Shown: positions 1 to 8,017 of the stretch, one piece after another | Position numbering within the stretch: position 1 is the first letter of the stretch | How the letters are laid out: each line of letters starts with the position of its first letter | Source of the DNA: a virus | Virus record (IMG/VR): IMGVR_UViG_3300043823_000198 | Span: 32,001-96,000 of that record | DNA: 64,000 nt | Reading direction: 5' to 3' (one strand) | Notes under the pieces: model-generated | What the model was told of the DNA's origin: nothing | The model's input: only the letters and a program-made list of their open reading frames with translations | Databases searched by the model: none | Translations under genes and position numbers: made by a program

Positions 1-26
1 AGCGAGCGTTAAGTACGCATTCTAAT

Positions 27-293
27 ATGAATATTCAACCAATGAAAAAGTTCGTTCTTGTTGCAGAGAACGCAAGGAAAAATACCACTGATTCTGGTAT
101 TATCCTTGAGGGTGCTGGGTTTGATCAATCAAAAACAGGTACAGTCCTAGCCATTGGTCCAGACGTCACCGATGTAAAAGTCGGCGACGTCATCTATTTG
201 GAATGGAACAAAGGTTCGGTTGTTAAGATTGGTGATGCTCAACGTGTTATGATTAAAGAAGAATTCATTGTTGCTGTTGTAGATTCAGAATAA
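27..293 (+). CDS. groES: GroES/Cpn10 co-chaperonin (functional analogue of T4 gp31)
   Basis: 88 aa; mobile loop TTDSGIIL, GTVLAIGP, VKVGDVI, C-terminal IVAVV typical of Cpn10. Confidence 0.9.
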   Translation: MNIQPMKKFVLVAENARKNTTDSGIILEGAGFDQSKTGTVLAIGPDVTDVKVGDVIYLEWNKGSVVKIGDAQRVMIKEEFIVAVVDSE

Positions 294-820
294 TGAAGGC
301 TGCAGTTCTTTGCAATGGACCATCTAGAGTTGCTTACAAAGGCAGATTAGGGTATGATTATGTTATTGGATGTAACATACCTTGGACTGATGTTGATGGT
401 ACAGTAATATTAGACGGTAATGTTATCCATGCTTGGAGAGAAAACCCTTCTCTTATTAAATGTTCTGAAGATCAAATTTTTATTACAAAGAAAGCGTGGA
501 TGATTGCTGATGAGTTGAAGTTTAGAGATTTTATCACAAATAAATTTTCTATTCAACTTATTGATAAAGATTTTAACATACCAGAGATGTACAGCGCAGG
601 GCATGTTGCTGCTTCTATCGCATTAAATTTATACGTTGATCAGGTAGACATATATGGTTGCGATTCTTATTTTGAGCGAACAGTAGAAAGTTTCACAAAC
701 TCATATGTTAATGATGTTAACAAAGATTCTGAGCAACAAAGGATTGATAACTGGAGAAAGCACTGGATTAAACTTCAAGATAAGTATTCAGAAGTTATAT
801 TTAATTTTGTAAAGGTCTAA
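293..820 (+). CDS. Putative glycosyltransferase-like / MptE-like Rossmann protein
   Basis: N-terminal CNGPS, VIGCN and later IYGCDSY resemble the GNGPS..G.D motifs of GT29/GT42/MptE-like families; start overlaps groES stop (TAATG). Confidence 0.5.
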   Translation: MKAAVLCNGPSRVAYKGRLGYDYVIGCNIPWTDVDGTVILDGNVIHAWRENPSLIKCSEDQIFITKKAWMIADELKFRDFITNKFSIQLIDKDFNIPEMYSAGHVAASIALNLYVDQVDIYGCDSYFERTVESFTNSYVNDVNKDSEQQRIDNWRKHWIKLQDKYSEVIFNFVKV

Positions 821-821
821 T

Positions 822-1001
822 ATGAAAAAACAAATTTTACTTGCTGTTTTAATTGCAAATTTGGCATTGCCTGCTGTGGCTGAAACAAAAACACAAAAAG
901 CAAAGGTTGCTGGTAAACCAGCAGTTTCCAAGAAGGTTCAGACTCCAAAGGCTCCTCCTTCTGGTGTTAAACCAACCCCAAAGAAGAAAGCGCCTAAATA
1001 G
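822..1001 (+). CDS. Small secreted Lys/Pro-rich protein, 59 aa (below ORF-track cutoff)
   Basis: Hand translation MKKQILLAVLIANLALPAVA|ETKTQKAKVAGKPAVSKKVQTPKAPPSGVKPTPKKKAPK; Sec signal peptide with AVA cleavage site; abuts previous stop. Confidence 0.7.
   Translation: MKKQILLAVLIANLALPAVAETKTQKAKVAGKPAVSKKVQTPKAPPSGVKPTPKKKAPK
993..1000 (+). promoter_or_regulatory. T4-type late promoter-like motif (CCTAAATA)
   Basis: Variant of TATAAATA; the [CA]TAAATA core recurs upstream of many late genes in the window. Confidence 0.5.
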
Positions 1002-1009
1002 TATACAAG

Positions 1010-1038
1010 TGGGTTGATGGATCCCAATAAAACCATCA
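1010..1038 (+). promoter_or_regulatory. Predicted H-type pseudoknot in 5' leader
   Basis: UGGG(1010-13)/CCCA(1023-26) and UGAUGG(1015-20)/CCAUCA(1033-38), loop 3 AUAAAA. Confidence 0.5.
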
Positions 1039-1069
1039 TTTTACACATTACACAACACAGGAGGTAACT

Positions 1070-1348
1070 ATGTCAAATATGACACCGTTCGAGATTCGCC
1101 TTGAACTACTAAAAATGGCGAAAGATATGTTGGAACAAGAGTATCACGGCAAGCGTGAGCGAATGACCAATGAGTGGCATGCCTTAGTCGATAATGCTCG
1201 ACATTCTGGTACTGCTGTTCCTGGCCACCCAGAACTCCCAGCATTTCCAACCGAATCTGAAATTATCAAGAAAGCCACCGAGCTGAATAGTTTCGTTTCG
1301 CAAACTCCCACTAATACACAAGAAAAGACTAGCAAAAAGTCCACCTGA
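1070..1348 (+). CDS. Hypothetical phage protein
   Basis: Strong GGAGG SD; TPFEIRLELLKMAKDML...PTESEIIKKA pattern resembles small proteins of T4-like phages. Confidence 0.75.
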   Translation: MSNMTPFEIRLELLKMAKDMLEQEYHGKRERMTNEWHALVDNARHSGTAVPGHPELPAFPTESEIIKKATELNSFVSQTPTNTQEKTSKKST

Positions 1349-1358
1349 TATGGGATTG

Positions 1359-1381
1359 GAGGAGTGTACGCACTCCTCTTT
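1359..1381 (+). terminator. Hairpin / intrinsic terminator
   Basis: GAGGAGTG-TACG-CACTCCTC-TTT; 8 bp stem, UNCG loop, short U tract. Confidence 0.65.
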
Positions 1382-1400
1382 AACTAATTAAGGAGAAAAT

Positions 1401-1997
1401 ATGCGAACATACCGTATATACATACCATTAGTATTATTAATATTATCTGCTGTTTTTATTTCAAAAACATCATTCTCTGAGTCTATATTACTCGATGTTA
1501 AATATAACCAACTAACAAAAGAAACACAAAAACAAATTGATTGTCTCGCTGACAATATCTACCATGAGGCTGGTCATGAATCTGACGAAGGTAAAAAAGC
1601 AGTTGCACTGGTGACTCTCAATCGAACACAAGATCCAAGATTCCCAAAAGATATTTGTGGAGTCGTTAAACAAAAAACATTAAACACATGTCAGTTCTCG
1701 TGGTTTTGCGAACCAATTAGGAAAACAGAACCTGACCTGTATCAAAAATCAAAAGAAATAGCAATATTTGTTTACGCTAATTATGAAAAATTAAGCGATA
1801 TAACAAAAGGCGCATTATACTATCATGCAGATTATATAAATCCCAAATGGAAACTCGAAAAGACTACAGTAATTGGTAGACATATTTTTTATAAGGAAAG
1901 TGGAAAATACTATGATGCAAAAACTGAACTTACAACTGAAGGAAGAACAATCAAAACATTCCTTTTTACTTCTGATGGAGGATATATCTCTCAATAG
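1401..1997 (+). CDS. SleB-like cell wall hydrolase (Hydrolase_2) with N-terminal membrane anchor/signal
   Basis: CLADNIYHEAGHE, AVALVTLNR, FPKDICGVV, CQFSW, ALYYHADYINPKW, IGRHIFY. Confidence 0.9.
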   Translation: MRTYRIYIPLVLLILSAVFISKTSFSESILLDVKYNQLTKETQKQIDCLADNIYHEAGHESDEGKKAVALVTLNRTQDPRFPKDICGVVKQKTLNTCQFSWFCEPIRKTEPDLYQKSKEIAIFVYANYEKLSDITKGALYYHADYINPKWKLEKTTVIGRHIFYKESGKYYDAKTELTTEGRTIKTFLFTSDGGYISQ

Positions 1998-2469
1998 CGT
2001 AAAAACTGCTGTTGAGTGGATATTCGAAGCAAATTTTGCAGAAGAACGACCAGAATTATTAAATTTGATAATCACTAGTCCTGGTGGTGATTTAAATGCT
2101 GCATTTGCTTTAATTGATACGATGCGTGGTTCTGCCATTCCAATTAGGACAATTGGTCTTGGTCAAGTTGCTTCAGCTGGTCTTATGATTTTTATTGCAG
2201 GAACTCCTGGTCACAGAATTCTAACACCAAATACTTCAATTCTTTCTCATCAATACTCATGGGGCGCAATTGGTAAAGAACATGAATTATTTGCAACTGT
2301 AAAAGAATTCGATTTAACGACTAAGAAAATGATTGCGCATTACAAAAAATGTACTGGTCTTAGCGAAAAAGATATTCGAGATATGTTGCTACCTCCACAA
2401 GATATTTGGTTGAGCGCAATCGAAGCGAAGAAAATGGGTCTTTGTGATCAGGTAAAAGAATTATCTTAA
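1912..2469 (+). CDS. clpP: ClpP-family serine protease
   Basis: ITSPGG, GQVASAG (Ser), ILSHQ (His), DIWLSAIEAKKMGLCD; start reset to ATG 1912 after AAGGAAAG. Confidence 0.9.
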   Translation: MMQKLNLQLKEEQSKHSFLLLMEDISLNSVKTAVEWIFEANFAEERPELLNLIITSPGGDLNAAFALIDTMRGSAIPIRTIGLGQVASAGLMIFIAGTPGHRILTPNTSILSHQYSWGAIGKEHELFATVKEFDLTTKKMIAHYKKCTGLSEKDIRDMLLPPQDIWLSAIEAKKMGLCDQVKELS

Positions 2470-2480
2470 GGAGATATGTT

Positions 2481-2702
2481 ATGGAAAATACAGTATTCAA
2501 CGTAAATGTTTTTATTATTTCAGTATTAATTGGTGTACTTGCATTGATTTCTGCAATTTCTTTTAATTCATATTCAGAACTCAAATCTATGGAAAGAAAT
2601 ATAGAATCTGCAATTGTAAAGGGTATTGACCCGATTGCAGTAAGATGCGCATACAAACCTGACTATACTAATTGTGCAATTTATATAACCAAGTCAAAAT
2701 AA
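2481..2702 (+). CDS. Small membrane-anchored hypothetical protein
   Basis: AAGGAG SD, one N-terminal TM segment, two C-terminal Cys. Confidence 0.7.
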   Translation: MENTVFNVNVFIISVLIGVLALISAISFNSYSELKSMERNIESAIVKGIDPIAVRCAYKPDYTNCAIYITKSK

Positions 2703-2734
2703 CCTTAGAAACTGTAGGGTATTTAAAATATACC

Positions 2735-2763
2735 TTGACTTTTAGTAAAAATTATAGTATAAT
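2735..2763 (+). promoter_or_regulatory. Sigma70-type early promoter
   Basis: TTGACT-17 nt-TATAAT. Confidence 0.85.
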
Positions 2764-2796
2764 AATACCTGTGATAACAACTTTTGTTGATAAATT

Positions 2797-3147
2797 ATGC
2801 AAATAATATACACTACCTCTAAGAAGTCCAAGAAACGCAAGCCAACGGCAAAGCAACGAGAATTGCAAAATTCTTGGGAACTTCTACTTAAGAAGTATAC
2901 CCCAAAGACTGTTGCTCCTAAAAAAGAACAACAACTCGGGGATGTATACTCACTTGGGAAACCTGCTTGTCGTGAGACACCTAAGATTCCAAGTCTTCCA
3001 TTTACTGGCGCTCCCTGCACTAAAAAAGCAACACCAGTTTATACTGGAACTATGATAAAAGGTATTGGTACTATGCATAAATCAAATGCTGTGCCGATTT
3101 TTAGTGATGAGCAGGCAATTGAAATTGCAACTATGCGAAGAAATTAA
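2797..3147 (+). CDS. Basic hypothetical phage protein
   Basis: Follows sigma70 promoter; C-terminal YTGTMIKGIGTMHKSNAVPI motif seen in T4-like phage proteins. Confidence 0.75.
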   Translation: MQIIYTTSKKSKKRKPTAKQRELQNSWELLLKKYTPKTVAPKKEQQLGDVYSLGKPACRETPKIPSLPFTGAPCTKKATPVYTGTMIKGIGTMHKSNAVPIFSDEQAIEIATMRRN

Positions 3148-3149
3148 TT

Positions 3150-3177
3150 TTGAAATTGATATAAAATAGGGTATAAT
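3150..3177 (+). promoter_or_regulatory. Sigma70-type promoter
   Basis: TTGAAA-16 nt-TATAAT, 5 nt before ATG 3183. Confidence 0.6.
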
Positions 3178-3182
3178 ATATT

Positions 3183-3398
3183 ATGACTGATTATGTTGCA
3201 CAAAGAAATAGACTTCTTTCTGAAAAAATGAAGTTAGATAAATTTTTCACAATGTATCTGGATAAGTTTGAACGCAAGATGGATCCAGAAAATCCAAATA
3301 CACCTATTTGGAAATTGTTTAAAGAAAAGTCAAACCACTATAATAAAATTTGTCAGGAAATTCGTAATGCAGAATATTGGATCCGTAAAGCTGTTTAG
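3183..3398 (+). CDS. Hypothetical protein
   Basis: 71 aa helical ORF directly after promoter. Confidence 0.65.
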   Translation: MTDYVAQRNRLLSEKMKLDKFFTMYLDKFERKMDPENPNTPIWKLFKEKSNHYNKICQEIRNAEYWIRKAV

Positions 3399-3606
3399 TT
3401 CTTCAAATGAGTTTTCAATGCACATTGAACAGATAGTGCATGAAAAGAAGATTACATATATGGAAGCCGTTCTACAATATTGTAAAGAAAACTTCATTGA
3501 ACCAGAAGATATCGCAAAGTTGGTTAATAAATCACTCAAGGATAAACTTGAAGTAAATTTCCAAGATGAGAATTATTTACCAAAGAAAGCAACACTGAAT
3601 GTTTGA
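3367..3606 (+). CDS. gp33: Late-transcription co-activator gp33
   Basis: FSMHIEQIVHEKKITYMEAVLQYC..IEPEDIAKLVNKSLKDKL; position before gp59-gp32; start reset to ATG 3367. Confidence 0.85.
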   Translation: MQNIGSVKLFSSSNEFSMHIEQIVHEKKITYMEAVLQYCKENFIEPEDIAKLVNKSLKDKLEVNFQDENYLPKKATLNV

Positions 3607-3618
3607 AAAGAGTAATAC

Positions 3619-4227
3619 GTGGACGGATTTAAAGCATACCGATATTATCTAGCAATTAAACTACACTTCACAACAGATAAATTTAACGTCTTCGAAAATC
3701 GAGGTAATGTAAGAGGATCTCGTGAAGCATTTAATGCTCGTAATGACAGATACATATTTGAGAAAATAGCAAGAAAGTTTTCTTCAGATCGAGACATTGT
3801 TCAATTCTTTGTTGCAAATTTTGCGTATAGTACTGAACCTGCAATTTATGCAGGACAAGAAGCGGAAGATTCTCTTTTTGAGTGGAGCAGAAGAAAACAA
3901 AGTATTAGTAGAATTTTTATTGATGATCTAGCAAATATACTAAATTATGTTGAGATAAACAAATTACCAACTTCTTGTATTTTTGATTTTCAAAATAATG
4001 AGTATCCTGTAGCATTAAAACTATTTTTGGGTAAAAAGATTTCAATTGAAACCCTTGCAATAATCAATGAACTCGATCATGTTGTTGAGCATTGGATAAG
4101 TAATCCTACTGTGCAACATATTTGGGGTAATGAATTATTGCGAATAAAAAAGTTGACAGGTTTCGTTAAATACGATAAAATAAAACTTGGACAAATCTTT
4201 AAACATTTTGTAGAAGAATTAGACTGA
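3619..4227 (+). CDS. gp59: Helicase loader gp59
   Basis: GTG start; AYRYYLAIKLHFTTDKF, RNDRYIFEK; gp33-59-32 synteny. Confidence 0.9.
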   Translation: MDGFKAYRYYLAIKLHFTTDKFNVFENRGNVRGSREAFNARNDRYIFEKIARKFSSDRDIVQFFVANFAYSTEPAIYAGQEAEDSLFEWSRRKQSISRIFIDDLANILNYVEINKLPTSCIFDFQNNEYPVALKLFLGKKISIETLAIINELDHVVEHWISNPTVQHIWGNELLRIKKLTGFVKYDKIKLGQIFKHFVEELD

Positions 4228-4228
4228 T

Positions 4229-4450
4229 ATGGGTCGCACATATAATAAATCATCAAATTTCTACGATGATGAGAAATCTAGTGGTCGTTCGGGGAAGCAT
4301 GCTAGACATACCAGCGGTAAAAAAACTGGTGGTATGAGAACGATAAATAGATATGTTGAAGAAGATTATGATTTTAACGATGAACTCTTTGATGATGACG
4401 TTGAACTAAATGATAATATTTTTATACAACATACTAAAAATAAACCGTAA
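4229..4450 (+). CDS. Hypothetical protein (basic N-terminus, acidic C-terminus)
   Basis: 73 aa ORF filling the gp59-gp32 gap. Confidence 0.65.
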   Translation: MGRTYNKSSNFYDDEKSSGRSGKHARHTSGKKTGGMRTINRYVEEDYDFNDELFDDDVELNDNIFIQHTKNKP

Positions 4451-4476
4451 TACATTTTTATACAAAGGAAAATACG

Positions 4477-5397
4477 ATGGATATTCAAACACTCCGTAAA
4501 ATGCGCAATCAAGACTTCAGCAAAATCGCTGGAGAATTTGATAAGATCTCTAATCCCCAATCTGGCGAGAAGAAGTCATACGAAGATGACAGATTCTGGC
4601 GTCTAGAGGGCGACAAGGCTGGTAACGGAACAGCTACTATTCGATTCCTACCACGTGTTGAAGGCGACGAGCTTCCTTGGGTTCGTATCTTTTCTCATGG
4701 CTTCCAGGGTCCAACTGGCAAATGGTATATCGAAAACTCCCTAACAACTCTTGGCGAAACCGATCCTGTCGGTGAATTGAACACCCAACTTTGGAACTCT
4801 GGTTCTGAAGCAAACAAAGAGATTGCTCGTAAACAAAAGCGTAAGTTGAGTTTCATCGCAAATGTTCTTATCGTTTCTGATCCAAAGCACCCTGAGAATG
4901 AAGGACAGGTTAAACTGTTTAAATTCGGTAAGAAAATCTTTGATAAGATTATGGATAAGGCAAAGCCAACCTATGAAGATGAAACACCTGTAAACGTGTT
5001 CGACTTCTGGGAAGGTGCCAACTTCAAGTTGCGTATGCGCAAGAAAGATGGATATACCAACTACGACGAATCTGCATTCTTGGAGCCAGCAGCAATTGGT
5101 TCTGATGAGGAAATCGTTGCTGTTGCGAAAGCCCAGCATAAACTTGCTGAGTTTCTTGATCGTAAAAACTTCAAGTCTTATGATGAATTGAAGAAGAAAC
5201 TTGATCAGGTTCTTTCTGGCGATTCTTTTATTTCTAAATCTGCGGCAGATTTATCTGAAGATGAAATACCTTCAGCGCCTGCTCCAAAAATCGCATCAAA
5301 ACCTGCTCTTACTCTTACTCAAAAGACAGTTGATGTTGAAGATGATGAAGAAGAAGACGTTATGTCTTATTTTAAGAAAATCGCTCAAGAAGAATAA
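4477..5397 (+). CDS. gp32: Single-stranded DNA-binding protein gp32
   Basis: DDRFW, IRFLP, HGFQGPTGKWYIENS, FGKKIFDKI, GANFKL, acidic tail. Confidence 0.97.
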   Translation: MDIQTLRKMRNQDFSKIAGEFDKISNPQSGEKKSYEDDRFWRLEGDKAGNGTATIRFLPRVEGDELPWVRIFSHGFQGPTGKWYIENSLTTLGETDPVGELNTQLWNSGSEANKEIARKQKRKLSFIANVLIVSDPKHPENEGQVKLFKFGKKIFDKIMDKAKPTYEDETPVNVFDFWEGANFKLRMRKKDGYTNYDESAFLEPAAIGSDEEIVAVAKAQHKLAEFLDRKNFKSYDELKKKLDQVLSGDSFISKSAADLSEDEIPSAPAPKIASKPALTLTQKTVDVEDDEEEDVMSYFKKIAQEE

Positions 5398-5411
5398 TTG
5401 AGCTAAATGAG

Positions 5412-5437
5412 AAAAGGGAGCTTGGCTCCCTTTTTTT
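5412..5437. terminator. Bidirectional intrinsic terminator between convergent units
   Basis: AAAAGGGAGC-TTG-GCTCCCTTTTTTT. Confidence 0.85.
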
Positions 5438-7109
5438 ATGCGTAACGATTTGCCGTATATTTGTTAACGGAAGATTCTTGATTACGTATTGGAGATCTAA
5501 TAACCTGTGTAGTGTTAGAGTTATTAGTAACTGGCGCATTAACAACGCTAGTGTTATTTTTAGTTGACGGAGTTGCCGCTGTATTTGCATTGTCAGCAGA
5601 TTTTTGTTCTACAATATTACCCGCATTTGGTTGACTTGCTGCTTCTGGTTTTGGTTTTGAATCCATACCATCTGATTTAAATGGATAGAATGGACCAATA
5701 GAAACTTCTTTTCCAACTACTGGAATCTTAAATTTAATCTCAGGAATTCCAATCCCTTGAATGAAAGAAAGAAAACTATCTTTCATTGCGCTAAAAAACT
5801 CTCCGATCGGTTTTACGATATGATCATCAACCCAAGCAGCCATATCTCCTATGACTTCTTTTATCTTTTCTTTATCAAACAATCCAAAAGTTAAGAAATC
5901 TACTATACCAGCGAGACCAGCAATAAGAGCTTTCCCTATATCTCCTGTCTTCATAAACTCATCAAATCCATCCATAATACCTTCAAACAGAGCACCAACA
6001 ATTGCTCCTATCGCAAATGCTTTACCAAGAAATTTTAGTATTGTTTTTGGATTAAAGAAACTCTTTAAAGCCATCATTACTTCTGGACCTAAGAAATCAA
6101 TTATCTTATCAAATATTTTTTCACCATTATTTTCTGTTGGTTTTTCTGGAGTGGCTTTTTTATCATTACCTTCACCACCTCTAGTATTTTCCTCAATTTT
6201 TTGTAAGATTGAAGATTCTTTTTCTTGTTCGCGTTTACTTTCTTCAGCAACTTCTGCTCCTTGCATTGCTTCAGCTGCGGTTGATGTTGCAGTTTTTGCT
6301 GGTTCAACACCTTTCTGCATTTTTGCGCTTTCAGAAGGCAGAGCATTAAAATTAATTTCTCTTTCAGTCGCATCAGGTGTTAATGCCTTTGCGCTCTTAT
6401 CATATGAACGATATTGATTTGTTAGTTGCTCTTTCTTGAGCAACATCTCTTTACCAGCTGTAGATGCTTCAAATTCTTCATCGCTAATACCGTGCTTTGC
6501 TTTTAAAGCAGAGATTTTCTTATCGTGTGCTTTTATCTCTTTAGATGTATTATACGCACCCTCGGCATCTTCATCAGTAACCTCATTACCCAATGCTTTT
6601 TGTTTCGCTTTAAATGCATCCTTGGCCAGTGTTTTATTAAAAACACCACCAACATTCAATGCACCAAGAACAGTTTTCTTTAGACCACCATTAGCGATAC
6701 CAAACTTTTCTTTAACACCCTCCTTCTTTTCTTTTAGAGATTCTCCAAGTTTCTCTAAAAAATTACCACTGGTGTTGATTGCGGAAGCAAGTTCGGCGAG
6801 TTTAGCAGACTCCTCAAATGCGAGTCTGTCCATTTCTTCTCTTGTTTTCCAAAATGTTCTACTACCTTTTAATTGCTGTTTAGCAATATCAAGTATCATT
6901 TCTTGCGTTTTGGAAGAATCAATTCCACCATTCGCATTTTTTTGAAGTTTTTCGTTTTCTCTGGATAACTCAAGCAATTTTCTAATGCTAGATAACTCTC
7001 CCAATGATGCTTGTTGTGCTTCAAGTAGTTTACCAAATCCTTCTTCATTTGAGGATGTCTGCTGTCTAATGCTTGAATTTACTGAGCTATTACCTGTTCT
7101 TTTTGCCAT
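5436..7109 (-). CDS. Putative tape measure / baseplate hub protein (gp29 equivalent)
   Basis: 557 aa, helical and charged, with hydrophobic Gly/Ala segments; lies directly after gp26-gp51; size close to T4 gp29. Confidence 0.55.
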   Translation of the reverse strand: MAKRTGNSSVNSSIRQQTSSNEEGFGKLLEAQQASLGELSSIRKLLELSRENEKLQKNANGGIDSSKTQEMILDIAKQQLKGSRTFWKTREEMDRLAFEESAKLAELASAINTSGNFLEKLGESLKEKKEGVKEKFGIANGGLKKTVLGALNVGGVFNKTLAKDAFKAKQKALGNEVTDEDAEGAYNTSKEIKAHDKKISALKAKHGISDEEFEASTAGKEMLLKKEQLTNQYRSYDKSAKALTPDATEREINFNALPSESAKMQKGVEPAKTATSTAAEAMQGAEVAEESKREQEKESSILQKIEENTRGGEGNDKKATPEKPTENNGEKIFDKIIDFLGPEVMMALKSFFNPKTILKFLGKAFAIGAIVGALFEGIMDGFDEFMKTGDIGKALIAGLAGIVDFLTFGLFDKEKIKEVIGDMAAWVDDHIVKPIGEFFSAMKDSFLSFIQGIGIPEIKFKIPVVGKEVSIGPFYPFKSDGMDSKPKPEAASQPNAGNIVEQKSADNANTAATPSTKNNTSVVNAPVTNNSNTTQVIRSPIRNQESSVNKYTANRYA

Positions 7110-7112
7110 GTT

Positions 7113-7241
7113 TTATCTCTTGTTAGATTCTAATCTTTTCTTTTCTTCTTCCAAATAATTAATCAACATAGCAACATATACCTCACGTTCAAAAGGTATC
7201 ATATATTCAATCTCTGCTAAAGAGTATTTGTGGTATTGCAT
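7113..7241 (-). CDS. gp51: Baseplate hub assembly protein gp51 (may be made as a -1 frameshift extension of gp26)
   Basis: HESLANYYKLNFALMQYHKYSLAEIEYMIPFEREVY; frame stays open upstream past the T8 run at 7297-7304. Confidence 0.85.
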   Translation of the reverse strand: MQYHKYSLAEIEYMIPFEREVYVAMLINYLEEEKKRLESNKR

Positions 7242-7294
7242 AAGGGCGAAATTAAGTTTGTAATAATTCGCCAAACTCTCATGGCAGAGATTAA

Positions 7295-8017
7295 TTAAAA
7301 AAAACTTTGCATTCCCTCCAAAGTTTTCTTGTGGTGTCTTTGACAAATGGGACAATCATATTCAACTTCTTTTTTAATTCTAGGCATCGTCAAGAAAAAC
7401 TTTTGAATTTCACCAAATTGAGTTGCGTTTAGATTGTTTAAGAATTCAAGTAATTCAGATTTCTTTTGTTCTTTTGCATAATGAATTTTATCGCCATCGT
7501 AGATAAAATTAATACATTCAGAAACAATATCAAAAATGTCATCAATATTATCAGTATCAAGTTTCTCCATCTTATTCATAATCTGAATAGTTGGATATTT
7601 CATTACAACTCCAACATTATCAAATAATGGAATTTTATTAATATGATCTTCTGGTGTTTCTACTTGTAATTTTGTCAGATCAATACTTATTTTTACCTTT
7701 GCTTTATCGTTCTGTTCTCCATGATCCATATCGCATGGAAACAATAATTCAATTATTTCACCAACAGATTTTGCTCGTATTTGAGTAAAAATGTATTCAA
7801 GATCGAATGTTGCTAGAGACTCTGGATCAATTTTATCAAGAATACATGAAGAAATGATATTCTTTAATGTATCTACCATAACAACTGGATCTTCGCTCTG
7901 TTGAGCAATTAATAGCGCCTTCTCTTCTTTAACTAGAAATGGACGATATTTAACATTTTTTTTACTAGAGGGTATCACCAAATTATATGTTGGTGTATTC
8001 ATTACTGGTAATGCCAT
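7295..8017 (-). CDS. gp26: Baseplate hub assembly protein gp26
   Basis: MALP..TPTY, YRPFLVKEEKALL, IRAKSVGE, KYPT, FFLTMP, CPIC, LEGMQSFF. Confidence 0.93.
   Translation of the reverse strand: MALPVMNTPTYNLVIPSSKKNVKYRPFLVKEEKALLIAQQSEDPVVMVDTLKNIISSCILDKIDPESLATFDLEYIFTQIRAKSVGEIIELLFPCDMDHGEQNDKAKVKISIDLTKLQVETPEDHINKIPLFDNVGVVMKYPTIQIMNKMEKLDTDNIDDIFDIVSECINFIYDGDKIHYAKEQKKSELLEFLNNLNATQFGEIQKFFLTMPRIKKEVEYDCPICQRHHKKTLEGMQSFF

Noticed and set aside
1010-1038. preQ1-I riboswitch
   Set aside because: Topology is similar, but P1 is only 4 bp, the ligand-pairing loop C pattern is not evident and no queuosine gene follows; kept only as a generic pseudoknot
5851-6945. Long plus-strand ORFs (188 aa and 169 aa)
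   Set aside because: Antisense shadows of the tape-measure candidate; no SD or recognisable motifs
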